Source: Klebsormidium nitens (taxonomy: Eukaryota > Plantae > Klebsormidiophyceae). Taken from it: DNA of 64,000 bases. The stretch's first letter is position 1. Each line of letters starts with the position of its first letter. The notes below the pieces were generated by a model. It did not search any database, was not told where the DNA came from, and worked only from the letters and a program-made list of their open reading frames with translations. Below are positions 50,675 to 61,900 of the stretch, piece after piece. Both the position numbers and the translations under genes were made by a program. The stretch is from contig DF237283.1 of assembly GCA_000708835.1 (NCBI GenBank), positions 1-64,000 of the forward strand, written 5' to 3'.

Positions 50675-51976
50675 GCAAGCGTTTTGATGTTTCAGGGTTC
50701 TATCACCATTATTTACAAGCTTTTAAGCTGTTTCCATATCAGGCGGGCTGCAGATCTGAGAAATGGCTGGGGGACAAGTCTCTTTGCTATCACCAGCGTC
50801 CATCTTGTGAACGTCAACGAATTGGACGGTTCAGATCTGATTTGTCAGATATCATACCAGAGGTCCTGATCACGTGGTAGGTCCTAGATGCTCACAGCTG
50901 AAGCCGAAATTGCACTCTCAGACCGGCTTCATTAGCTGAAGATCGGACGGCTGTGACAGCGTTTTGGCCATCGGAGCGGGTCTGCGGTCCGCCTGATATT
51001 GTTTCATGCTCACCGCCAGCAAGTTCGGAAAGGTGGCTTTTCGTCTCAAAACCTGCCCTCCAGGTGATCTGGATGAAATGAGTCCACTCGGTTCAACGGT
51101 TTGGAAAAAAGTACTTGATATCTAATGTATCTTCTCGGAAGCTCTAGCGTGAGGATGTGACTAGATGGTGTAAGAACTTGTCGCGGGGTCTTCGAGGACG
51201 AAAGAATGGATCCGAAACATTCCTCCCTGACAACGTATCAGTATCCTTTTTGATGTAGGTACTGTGCTTCCGAAAACAGTAACATTTCATAGCGTCATAA
51301 AGACATGGATCGCGCGGAAAATCGACTAACGTCGAGGGCTTGAAAACTACCTCCCTGTGAACAGATGGCGTAGCATGCTGAGGAACTTTGACGTGTCAAA
51401 ATGAGTGACTAGTCTCCAAAGATCCCCCGACAAATGAAGTTTAGATGTACATAAGATGAGTCCAAGCTTCGTATGTCTCGTTCTCCTCAAGTTGAAGCAG
51501 TTGCACCAATCGCACACAGATTTGAGTACGTGCCACTATTATATGAACACGCCAGTCAACGAATAGCATGCTGAAAGGATCCCTGAGGACGTGCGACTGT
51601 AGCCACCACGATAACCTATAGCTTCGCAACTTGATGATTGGCGCTACGGTACATGCAAAGCCCTATCGAGAGCACTAGTCATTGGAAAGCGATGCTTCGA
51701 CTTGTGGATTTTTCGAGTCGTGTGCGATTGTCTTCAGACGAAGCGCCGGAAGCTGCTGTTGGCCCATCCTCCACCGAAACGGATGCGCAACTCAGCGACA
51801 TACTCCAATCATTTGTTCGGCACTGCATTCATAAAACCCATGCGCAATGGGCATTTCTACGTTTGCACCTGCAGATGTGAAGGTTTAGCAAGACCCACGT
51901 TCACAGGTGAAAGATGCCGTTTCAGTTATGCTATGTGAAGTACAACCACAAAATCTGAAAAAGCCTGCTAAAGTGC

Positions 51977-54195
51977 TCAATCGGACTCTTTCTTCTCGGC
52001 CACTTTCTGGACGAGCCACCCCATGCAGGGCGCGACTCCCCCGTCCTCAGTCACCCTCACCCCGGGTAATCCGGCGATAAGCTGACAGTCGCTTATGGCC
52101 CCATGGTTATCGAGCTTGAAAGGGCACTTCACATAACCCTCGGGAATGTCGCTCGCATCGGTTCTCCCCCGTGCAAAGTCTGCCTTTTGCAAACCGCCAG
52201 TGTATGGGAAGAAAAAGCGCACCCATCCCTTCAAAGAGTACTGCCCCCCCGACCCGTAGGATTCTCTTGTAAGGACCTGGCTCCACCATACGCTATCCGG
52301 TCTGCCCTCATACGTGCTCAGAAGCTGCTGCACAACGGTCTCCAAATGGTCCAGCCACCAGTCGAGGCCGATATCCAATTGGCGGAGGCCACGTGTCTTC
52401 TCCAGGAGGCGCTGCCAGTCTTCTTGGGTGCCGTGCAGGGTCACCTGGTTCGGACGAGAAAGGTTTGGATAATCAGCGTACACCAGCGAGAAATGACGTC
52501 ACCTCGGGGGTTTTGAATTCACGAAGAGAAGGCTTGCGAGCCTGCAACGAAACTGCCCTTGCAGTCTCAGCATTCATGCCGCCAGACTCTCTTACCAACT
52601 AGAAAGTCTTGTTTCCAACAATACGAGAGCCAAAGCCGGAAACTCAGAACTCTCATAATCAAATGTTGCTTCTGAGTTCTAAGGAACCTAGCCCGACGCT
52701 TTCGTCGGTTGAAAGGAGACGTCAGCTTCCCCACAATTGAGCCTTTCGACAGAGTCATTTCGAAAATACCAACGAAACGAAGGTAAGACCTCTGGACCAA
52801 ATACGATCCGCAGCCGATCGGTTGAAGGCTTGCCGCTTATTTGTAACATGATTGAGAAAGCTTGAATAAGTAGTGGAGAAATCCACCTGGTAGAGGAGCA
52901 CTTGAAATGATATAAGCTGATGAATTCCGATAACTTCCTGATGGAAGCCATGAAGCAGTACTTCAGCTACAAGTTTGAGCTCTCCTGCGGAATCCCAAAG
53001 GCAAGTCGTCTCACAGAGGCCAAGCAGTCTTGGAGATGACGTCAGTGGTGGAGAAGTCGTTCGTCAGCAGCTGACCCGCCCCGGCCTTGACCTTCTTGTC
53101 CAGCTTCTGTGTGATAAGGGCGACGCACTTGGGCCAATCCAGCAGACGTGAGTCGCCTGCGCCAAGGAAGAGGGTGCAGGACGTAATTACACATGATTCC
53201 CAAATACTCTTCCTCATTGACTTTTTAATCCAATAAGGATGCCAAACTGTTCACTTGATGCGGTCTTCAGCTGACAAGGAAGCAATGCATATGGTGGTCA
53301 GCATAGCGATCCATTGTCATTGATCAATAATAAATCCCGGCAAAATTTTACATGCAGTTCGACATTTGGCAAGTAGTTCCTTAGATGTTAAGGCCATGTG
53401 GAGTCCTTGTTGAACAAATGTTCCTTCACTTTGAACAAACACATCCGATTTGAGGACGCAACTGTGCTGCAGACATATCAGAAGCAGAGTAAAAGCCATT
53501 AAACATCTTGATATTCAAAACGTAACTTTGTCAAGATCATCTACCGCTCTTGTTCACTTGTTTTCAGTCGCAGATTCATGAGCGTCAAGAAAGGTGATAG
53601 TAAGCGAAGATAATCATATTGAATCTTTGTCTGGCAATATTCGAAAATTTCAGTTCGAGGCTCGCCTGGAAGGAAGGAAACATTCACGTTGACCGCAATT
53701 TCCTCCTGCCCGTCATGATCAACAAACACCCGCCGGTATTTCTCCGCGTTCTCTCCGTGCTGCAGATGTCTGCTGACGCCCTGACAGATCGTCAGCCACA
53801 CGTCATCAGGTCTCAGGTGCAGGTGCAGGTGTCCACTGTACGCCTTCTCAAAGGCTGCCAGCAGACCATTGTTGCAGCCAGGCCTCTTGAGAACGTCCCC
53901 TGGCGAGCAGTCAAAGATGACGTCTTCCTGCTTCGGGCGCAGGAGCGAAATCCAGCAATTCTTCAGAGGCTCAACAAGGCCGGCGCACTGCCTTGTGTAG
54001 TCGCTCTTTGCGCGGCGGAGCTTTCCCTTCCGCGGCATATTTGCGCCACTCCTGCAGGTCAAACTTTGGTCGCTCGGCAGTGACCTCCGTGCAGGGAGTG
54101 AGAGTATCCAGCTCGATGTCGGACGCCAGAACTTGGGTGCTCATTGCTTCCTCTATTTTATCTGGCGCACTGTCTGTAGAAATTGGGTGCTTCAA
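51977..54195 (-). pseudogene. DUF4419-family gene disrupted by an intragenic inversion (or misassembled)
   Basis: DUF4419 motifs NGLLAAFEKAYSGHLHLHLRPDDVWLTICQG...AEKYRRVFVDHDG, DWP...NDFSTT, and VTLHGTQEDW...WW...GSG...LKGW are on the minus strand. The connecting LMEAMKQYFSY...CGIPK lies on the PLUS strand at 52938-53000. Confidence 0.8.
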
Positions 54196-55250
54196 GAGCT
54201 CGCGAATATGGTTCCATGCACCACAGAAACCGTCTTATTCAAAACAAAGTTGACTAAGGAGAGAGCCCGGGGAAAGGGTAGGGTCAATTTTGGATTAGGG
54301 TGGGTACGACTGCGGAGCGCGTCGTTTCTTGCTTTAGATCTTTTGGTTTGTTCGATCTCCCGAGCAAAATCCATTGTCAACTTCAAGCACCTCTTTATCT
54401 GCCGAAGGGTGACGTACACTGACGTTACGGGTACGTACCAGGGCTGCAAACCCGGCCCGCTCTGATTGGCCCGACTCGACCACTGCAGCTGACGTGTCAC
54501 GCAGTTACTGGTTACTGAAGACCATCAATTCCTGTACGCATCTGTTATCATCCTTGATTTTTGCGCCCTGACAGTATTGGACGGTCCAGATCGCCTCTCG
54601 CAGAGAATTGACGGCCAGAGAGCGTAAAGAAATGTGGCGGCAGATCTGATGAAAACTGCAACATGACGACTTTCCTAGCCATAGTATCACTTCCTGCCTT
54701 TACTCCAGTAATGTGCACCGCTTCAGCGTGTTCAGTACGTACGTCCAGAACCGATTTGCATCCTTGTGTATGATGGTTTTTATAACAATAATGTACTTGC
54801 ACATTCTGATTGATCCCAATATAGTATGCTTTTTGAAGGCGACCGCTGGCAACACATGCGAAGCGGTGGCAGTACCAGCAGACAAGTTGCATCCTTACAT
54901 ATCTGAGTAAGGCAAGTGAAACATACGTTTTTGACATGGGTCCTCACTCGCAGTTATACTTATCCTTGTTATAAATACAATGCTGTGGATGTAACTTCAG
55001 CCTATGATATCGATTTTGGGCGCTCATCGGTACCATGATGTGAGGGGTCCGGAAGAAACCTCCCTACGAGGTTTTTGCAAACGGCAGATTTGCACCATGA
55101 AAACCCTGTTCAAAGCAGTGCACTAATTATTGCTCCTACTTAACCACTTCTTAATCAGTCCCGTTCCCGAGGCTGCTTTTTCCGCTACTCCGACCCGTTT
55201 CTGCGAACATTGACAGCAATTTGGAGCGCGCTAGCATCCACTCGCTAATC

Positions 55251-56966
55251 CTAAACTCCCGACGTCCAGTCCCCGGGCGACAGCCGCTCGTCGAAGTCCG
55301 CCAGCATCTGCTTATTCAGCTCCTCGTTGTGCTCTTCCGCCGCCTTATGCTCGAGCGCCTCCTCATACGCGATCGTCTGCCTGCGCAGCAGCAACGTCAG
55401 CACGGACACCGCCAGGCTCATTTGGACGGGCCGTCCGAACAGCGTCCGAACAAAGGATGCGCCGAGGTTTGAGAGTTTAGCGCCGCGGATGGCCTGGCCG
55501 GCGACACGTGTCAGCGGGAGGACGAACGGCGCCGCCTGGAGAAGGGCCCGCCAGGATTGTGTAAACAGTTCCCACTTGGGGATTGGCAGCGGAAGCGGAA
55601 CGCCGAACGGCAGCGGAAGGAGCACCACGCGCGAGAAGTCCAGTGTGAATGCGTACGGGTGCAGGCGCCAGTTGAGCACCGGGCAGAGCGCGCATAGGAA
55701 GTCGGCCGCGAAGCGCGCGTCCCAGCTGACGTCACAAGGGGGAAGGCGCGCGCGCGCCGCGCGCGCCATGGTCTCCAGAAAGCGGAAGACGTCCCACAGG
55801 AGACTGGCTGCGAGGGCGGCGCAGAGGGCGACCTCGAAGCGAGCGGCGAGGGGGCCGTGGAGCCACGTGGCAGCGTTTGCTTGGGAGAGAGAGAGGGAGA
55901 GGAACGGAAGGGGCTGCGGGAGAGCGAGAAAGCACACCGCGTTGAAGAGGAGTACCAGGGTGTCGAGCGCGAACGGGTCTGTAACGCAGTAGTGGAGCGC
56001 CTTGAGCTGCGTTACGAACTGGGTGCGGACCGTGATGGCGTACAGGATGCCCGTGAGGAGGGGCTTGAACACCAGCTGCGCAGCCCCCCTGAAAAGATAC
56101 GCGGGGAACAAGTTTGAGGGAGGGGTGCTGCTGGGGGGGTCAATTGGGCTGGGCAGAAGGAGGGGGGGCTTGAGCTGCGACTTCCCTGTGATGGATTTGT
56201 AGTAGAACGTCTTCTTGCGCTTGGGGTCGAAGAGGTTGTGCCATTCTGGAGGCAGGCGTTTGTCACGCGGCTGGAACTGCCCCGCCTCTGCGGCCCGCTC
56301 TAGTTCGTACCAGACGATCACCCGCGCGGCAGTCAGCCAGGTCAAGCAGGTCAGGATAATGTGGGGAAACCACGTGGCGGCCTCCAAGCTGAAGGAGAAA
56401 CCGATGAAGCAGGCGAACAAGAGCCCGGTCACAGACACAGCCGACCACAGAACAGTCAGTGGAGTGGGGCCCCATTTGGTCGGGGGTTGGTGCCCCGAGC
56501 TGTCAGAGTCCTTTGGGCTTGTTTGGCCCAACCCCTCAAACGCTGAACAAGTCTGCTTGACCCTCTTCGGCGTGTCGGTGGTGCGGATGCTAGGTGACGT
56601 TAGGAAACGAGAAGCTGACGCGGAGCTTGGACTGATTTTGTTCAAAGTGTGAAACCTTGCGTCCTTTGAGCGGCTTTGGAAAAAGAGAGCTGGAATGCTG
56701 CCAGCAGGCGACAATGAAGCGTCACGCGAGCAAGAAGACGTTTTCGTCATAGATCGTGTATGCCTCCCCCTTTGGATGGTCTGCTTGACGATCTGCGGTG
56801 GACAAAGATCCCACTGCTTTGTGAGAGCGTGTTGAGAAGGGGGCAAGCGTTCTGCATATTGTTGTGCGCTAATGCGTGCGCCACTTGACTGCGGCTGCAA
56901 ATCATGGTGCAACACTGCAGCCTGTCCCAACGCAATGCTGCGTCTGCTGATGGATGCGGCCGCCAT
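55251..56966 (-). CDS. Intronless multi-pass membrane protein with a WW-like domain and a transit-peptide-like N-terminus
   Basis: 571-aa ATG-initiated ORF. The N-terminal ~140 aa are Ser/Thr/Arg-rich. Several hydrophobic segments are present. LPPEWHNLFDPKRKKTFYYKSITGKSQLKPP at ~56162-56256 fits the WW pattern, with the second Trp replaced by Leu. Confidence 0.75.
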   Translation of the reverse strand: MAAASISRRSIALGQAAVLHHDLQPQSSGARISAQQYAERLPPSQHALTKQWDLCPPQIVKQTIQRGRHTRSMTKTSSCSRDASLSPAGSIPALFFQSRSKDARFHTLNKISPSSASASRFLTSPSIRTTDTPKRVKQTCSAFEGLGQTSPKDSDSSGHQPPTKWGPTPLTVLWSAVSVTGLLFACFIGFSFSLEAATWFPHIILTCLTWLTAARVIVWYELERAAEAGQFQPRDKRLPPEWHNLFDPKRKKTFYYKSITGKSQLKPPLLLPSPIDPPSSTPPSNLFPAYLFRGAAQLVFKPLLTGILYAITVRTQFVTQLKALHYCVTDPFALDTLVLLFNAVCFLALPQPLPFLSLSLSQANAATWLHGPLAARFEVALCAALAASLLWDVFRFLETMARAARARLPPCDVSWDARFAADFLCALCPVLNWRLHPYAFTLDFSRVVLLPLPFGVPLPLPIPKWELFTQSWRALLQAAPFVLPLTRVAGQAIRGAKLSNLGASFVRTLFGRPVQMSLAVSVLTLLLRRQTIAYEEALEHKAAEEHNEELNKQMLADFDERLSPGDWTSGV

Positions 56967-58113
56967 CCTGATGTGCGCCTACATGCTCCTGTATCCTACC
57001 ACTGCCAGGTTAGAGAAATGATCATGATGCGCGCAACGCAAGCTTCCACTCTAACGGCGCGGCCGGCCTGCGGAATGTGCGGGCGGCGCGGCCGCTGCCG
57101 CTCTCCCGTGTTAAGTTCGATCGCGCAAATTGCCAGGGTTTGACTCCGCCATCGACGGTCATCGTGATTGATATGCTACTCCGTTGGATGGATTGCAATC
57201 TTCGAATCCAGCGGTTCTCGGAGCACAAGGGTTTTGCGTATTGAAGTCGATCCTAGACCATTCGATCCATCTCATCCGGCGGTTCAAGATGCACTGAGGG
57301 GACGCCCGCGCCAAGGAAAATACAAATTTGAGTGAGCGCGAGACTCCGACTGGCGCGGAAACAGGTGTTTCCAGCGTGCGGGCAGCCCACATTCCCTCCA
57401 GTTTCGCTGGAGCCTACCTAGCCTCAATTTTCTGAGTTCGTGAAGGATGTTGGCCAAGGATGAAAAACAAAGTCAGATACGGTTTTGGGATACCGTATTT
57501 GGCAGGTGCCTGATGAAGAGTCAAACGCCCATGCAGACTTCTGAGAAGGGTGCAGTGTTGGATATTTCTTCAGCCTTCAGATTTAGAAGCTGATCTGGAC
57601 ATCATTCAGGGGAATAGAGTGGTGCACTTGCCAGGGTGAGTAGTTAGGCGGCAACTGAGGGCGCTCTAGATAGTTCACAATTCTCTCGGGAAAGGAGTGC
57701 TGGTCTGTTGAATGGTGTGAGGGAGGTGTTAAGCATCCGGCGGCCGCGCCAATTGCACCACCCCCTGGAAGGAAGGATCACTGAGACTGATCAAGAGTGC
57801 CACTTGATCAGGAGTGAAATGCTGTAAGCGGATGCGGGACGCGTTTGAGAGCAATGCAGATGCACTAAGCGTGCACTGAAGCAATCAGCCTTACTCACAA
57901 GCATTCCGCTCTTTCTGCGCTAATTGGTTCCATCACTCACCTTTGTGCACTCACTCCAAGCGTCCAGCAGACTGTATGTTAGCGCCAGTCTGATCGATCA
58001 TTACGACTCCAGTGTCAACAGCCAGCTACCCAATTGCCTCTTCTGAGGTCACAATCAAACACCTTCTGGCTCCGGCATGTGGACACTGCTCCACAAACTT
58101 CTGAGCTTTGCTT

Positions 58114-58121
58114 TTTCCCGC
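58114..58121 (+). promoter_or_regulatory. Canonical E2F site TTTCCCGC upstream of the DEL start codon
   Basis: Exact match. A second WTTSSCSS match (ATTGGCGC, minus strand) is at 57746-57753. Short motifs can occur by chance. Confidence 0.4.
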
Positions 58122-58946
58122 CGCTGCGCATGAGGTCCAGTGACTTTGCGGTCGAACGCTCAATTTGAGTCGATCATCAGAACAGGCCAGCTGTGGAGAC
58201 TTCTGAGAGACTCCTCACAGCGAGCAAGCAAGGTTAGTTCACAATTGCATCGGTGTGGCAGTTTAGAAGTTGCTGGCATCAGGTGTGCACTGATGCTATC
58301 TTCACTGCTTTGGGTTTGTCGTCTGGAGTAGAGAATTGGATCTGGTTCAAGCAGAAGGATATTGTCAGCTATTGTAAGCGCTCTTTGGGTTTGATTAAGA
58401 GACTAACGCTGGCTTCAGGATCATGACAAGGACTTTTCAGCTGCTTTGAAGTATATCAGCAGTCACACTGCTTGGCCATGCAATCAAACATGCCCATGTG
58501 CTTCATTCATGTCTGGACTTTCGAAAGGTTTGATGAGCGGTGCTTATGATCTTTGAAAGGCCAGAGCAAACTCAAGTGCTCTTGGTCTGGAAATGCTGTT
58601 TCGGTGTCTCAATGCATTCTAACGGGAAAGTTTGAAAGGTGGGGTTTACATGGTTACGACCACCTCCATGGAATCGTCCTATGAACAGGCTGTTTGACAC
58701 AGGGCACGGATTGTGTTGAACACTTGCTGAACAGGATGCTCAAGGTTCTTCCACACAGTTTGCCTGTTTAGGTGGATCAATGCTGATGGTCTCAAAGGGT
58801 CAAGGTGATGTACTGTCTGAACAAGCTTTGGGTCACTAGTTCACAGAGCAGCATCGGCTGCCACTGATTGTGCCAGAGCTATCAGATTCCCTGAGGTTTG
58901 CTTCCTTTTTCCTCACAGGTTGCTTATACGCTAATAAAGGAGCCAG

Positions 58947-61900
58947 ATGGGGTCGCACGCTGAAAGGAGCTCGCAAGACGACTTCCCTCTAGCCTTCAAA
59001 TGCGGCCGCCGGCGGACCAGCTTTCCCCCGCCGAGCCAACTGGACCTCCCCACCCTAGTTACTCCAAAGGCAGCCACCGTCGCCGGAGCGCCGGCCCCGA
59101 AGGCTGATGCCACCACAACTGGCAGCCAACCAGGTTGTGACACCTGGCAGAGCGTGGAGGCACCAGAGCCTAGCATAGGCAATTCTCTGCCCGTTGACGA
59201 GGGGTCCAGCCAGGAGCATGTTGAGAGCACGCAGCTAGAAGAGAGGCCGGAGAGGACATCGCTAGCAGCGAAGAGAAAGACCTTTTCAGGGGGTCCTGCC
59301 GCAGATTGTATGTCGGGTCCCCTAGAGGATCAGGGGCACTTGGAACCGTTTCCGCCGAACGGTGTCAAGCGGCTCAGGGTAGGGCACGCCCTTCAGCTGC
59401 TTGACACCAACCTTCCGACGCTCCGCCCGGGGAGTGCTCTTTCCAAGGCAAACCCTTCAGAGCTTCCAGCGGCTAGCGCGTCAGAGGGGCCTGCTGAGGT
59501 CAGTGCCGATGTCAGCGGACGTCGCGGGAAGGGCCGGAAGGGGGGAGTTCCTAAGGTGCCCGTAAAGGAGGAGGATGGGGGCGAGTCGGACTCGATTGCG
59601 GAGGAGGGGGGGCTGGCATACTGTCGGAAGGAGAAGTCTCTTGGGCTGCTATGTGACAAGTAAGTATGCACTCCCTGTGGGGTTAATCGAGAGTCTGGCA
59701 ATAATAAGCCAAGTGGGAACTCCACGTTTGGACAAAAGTGTTGCAAGGTTTGTGTGGGCGAATGCTGTACAGAGGCTAGAGAAGAGTAGCTGTTGCAGCT
59801 TGTTGAGGATTGAGGCGGATGACCAGAAAGGTTGAAGTAGCAATCCTCCTTGCATATGTCAAGGCACAGCTGATTCTGACAAGATTCGATACACTCTTCA
59901 TGCCCAGGAGGCTTACCAAGCTCAGCCAAGCAACCCATCGAGCTGCCAGTCCTCCCAGCACAGGTCGCTCATAGATATAAGTTTCTAGTGTCCAGCCAAT
60001 AAAGGTTCAGGGAAGGCTGCTTCCTAACTGAGTAGCACTCTTAAGCAACCTTTCCTTAAAACACCACTATAAGTGACTGGACTCCACGTCCTTTGCAGCT
60101 TCATGAGCATGTACACAAGTGCCCAGTACGAGTTCGTGATCCTCGACGACGCAGCAAGGAAACTAGGTTAGCAACTGAATTTCGAGCTCAACTCTTTCAC
60201 AATGGTATCCTTCTGCTAGATGTTTAGAGAGCCCTCGATAAAAAGGTGACGGCTTGTGACTGTTAAAGCTGAGAGGATGAAACATGCAGCTTTGAAAGGT
60301 TTCTATAACAGTTCAAAAGAGACCCAGCTTTTTAGGACACCTGGAACTATGACGGCAGAAAGGTTGGTTCAACCGTAAAGTCACAATTCAACCATGAAGT
60401 CACAATTGCTTCTCATCTCTGCAATGAAGTGCCACAAACCAACAACTGGGTGCTGGGTCATTCTGAGAGCCAGATTACATAATTGCTGTAACCTGATAAC
60501 GTCTGCTTTCCTGACTCTGAACTTCTGTTTTGCAGGGGTTGAGAGGCGCCGCATCTATGACATCGTCAATGTTCTCGAAAGCATGCAGGTGTGACTCTGT
60601 TCCCTTATGCTATTGCTAAGCTCGTCTTTCCAGTTGGGGTCCAACTGCTTCTGGGCTTGTGTCGCTCCCTGCTATTTCTTTGTTACAACTGTGAGCTGGG
60701 AAAAAAGCTAGCGCCTCATTGCTCGCTATTCTTCCTAGGGCCGGCAAGTGTACCTCAAAACCTTGAGATGCCTCCCACTATGTTCTGACGGCAATGAAGT
60801 GCAAGGCAATCGCACTACCATCTCCATCCGTCCTTTTTTAACGGAATATCTCCCAATCCGTATGGCAATCCAAAGCCTCATATCTCGTAGGGGGTATTGT
60901 AGGGGTCAGCAACGTGACTTTCGATCCTGAATACTCCTTGATCCACTTCCACTACGATATCTCCTCAGCGGGTGATCGAGAGTGAAGATAGGTTCTGACT
61001 TGAGAGACTCAAACACCAGCTGCTCCTTGTACTCTTGCTTCTAAGCCTTTGGCGTGGTTTCTGACTGCCCTTTCCTGCTGCTGTTTTCCTTCAGGTGGTC
61101 GTTCGGAAGGCGAAGAACCGGTACACGTGGCACGGCCTTGACAATCTGCCGTGCGCACTCGCTCAGATGAAGGTAAGTTGCACCGCACTGCATGTACAGA
61201 TCCTACGGGAAAGGACTCAGAACGGAAGAAGTCAAACTCGGGGAACCTTGCTTGAATCATTCCGGCAAAGCGATCATCGCTTCTCCCAAGCCCACAAGTT
61301 AGAACGGTTCGTGAGTGCTTCGGCCACAGCTAAATTCCAACTCTGTGGCAATAGCAGTGATGAACCCGTAAGGCCAGAGGTTTTGTTACATCGCTTGCTG
61401 ACTAAGCTATCCGCTCCGCTTTTAGGAGGATGCGTTGCGGAAGGAGGGCGGGCTGGCGCAAGCGTCAGCAATAGCGTCAGCGCTCAGTCGCGAGCGCTCG
61501 ATGGTCAGTTGCTCAAGCCTTCTCTCGCTCGTTTTCTTCTCGCTTTTAGTCGCCTGGATTTGGTTATTCGCCCTAGTTTCCCTAGCTTCTTGAGAGTGGT
61601 CTCCATGATGTTTATTCAAAAACAAAATGATTTTGGAAGACTGGCGCAGGCTTCTCACGAGGTGCTCTCATTGTTAGGACGAAGCATCTGTCTCACGACG
61701 AACGAAAGCACCTGTCTTCTTGCCGGCGGAAAGCTGAACGGATCTGCGTCGACTTTCGTAGTCCTGTGTTTCGCTGCCCGTTCGACGCGTCTGAAAATGC
61801 CAGAAGCTTCTGTCTTCGGACCTTCTGAAAAGCCAGGACTACCTTCAATCCTCAGTTCTTTTGACGTGCTTGCCCATAAGTCTCGAAAGCGGCCGTCATG

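Noticed and set aside
54500-55200. AT-rich region with short Cys/His-containing ORFs on both strands
   Set aside because: No motif or splice model supports a gene.
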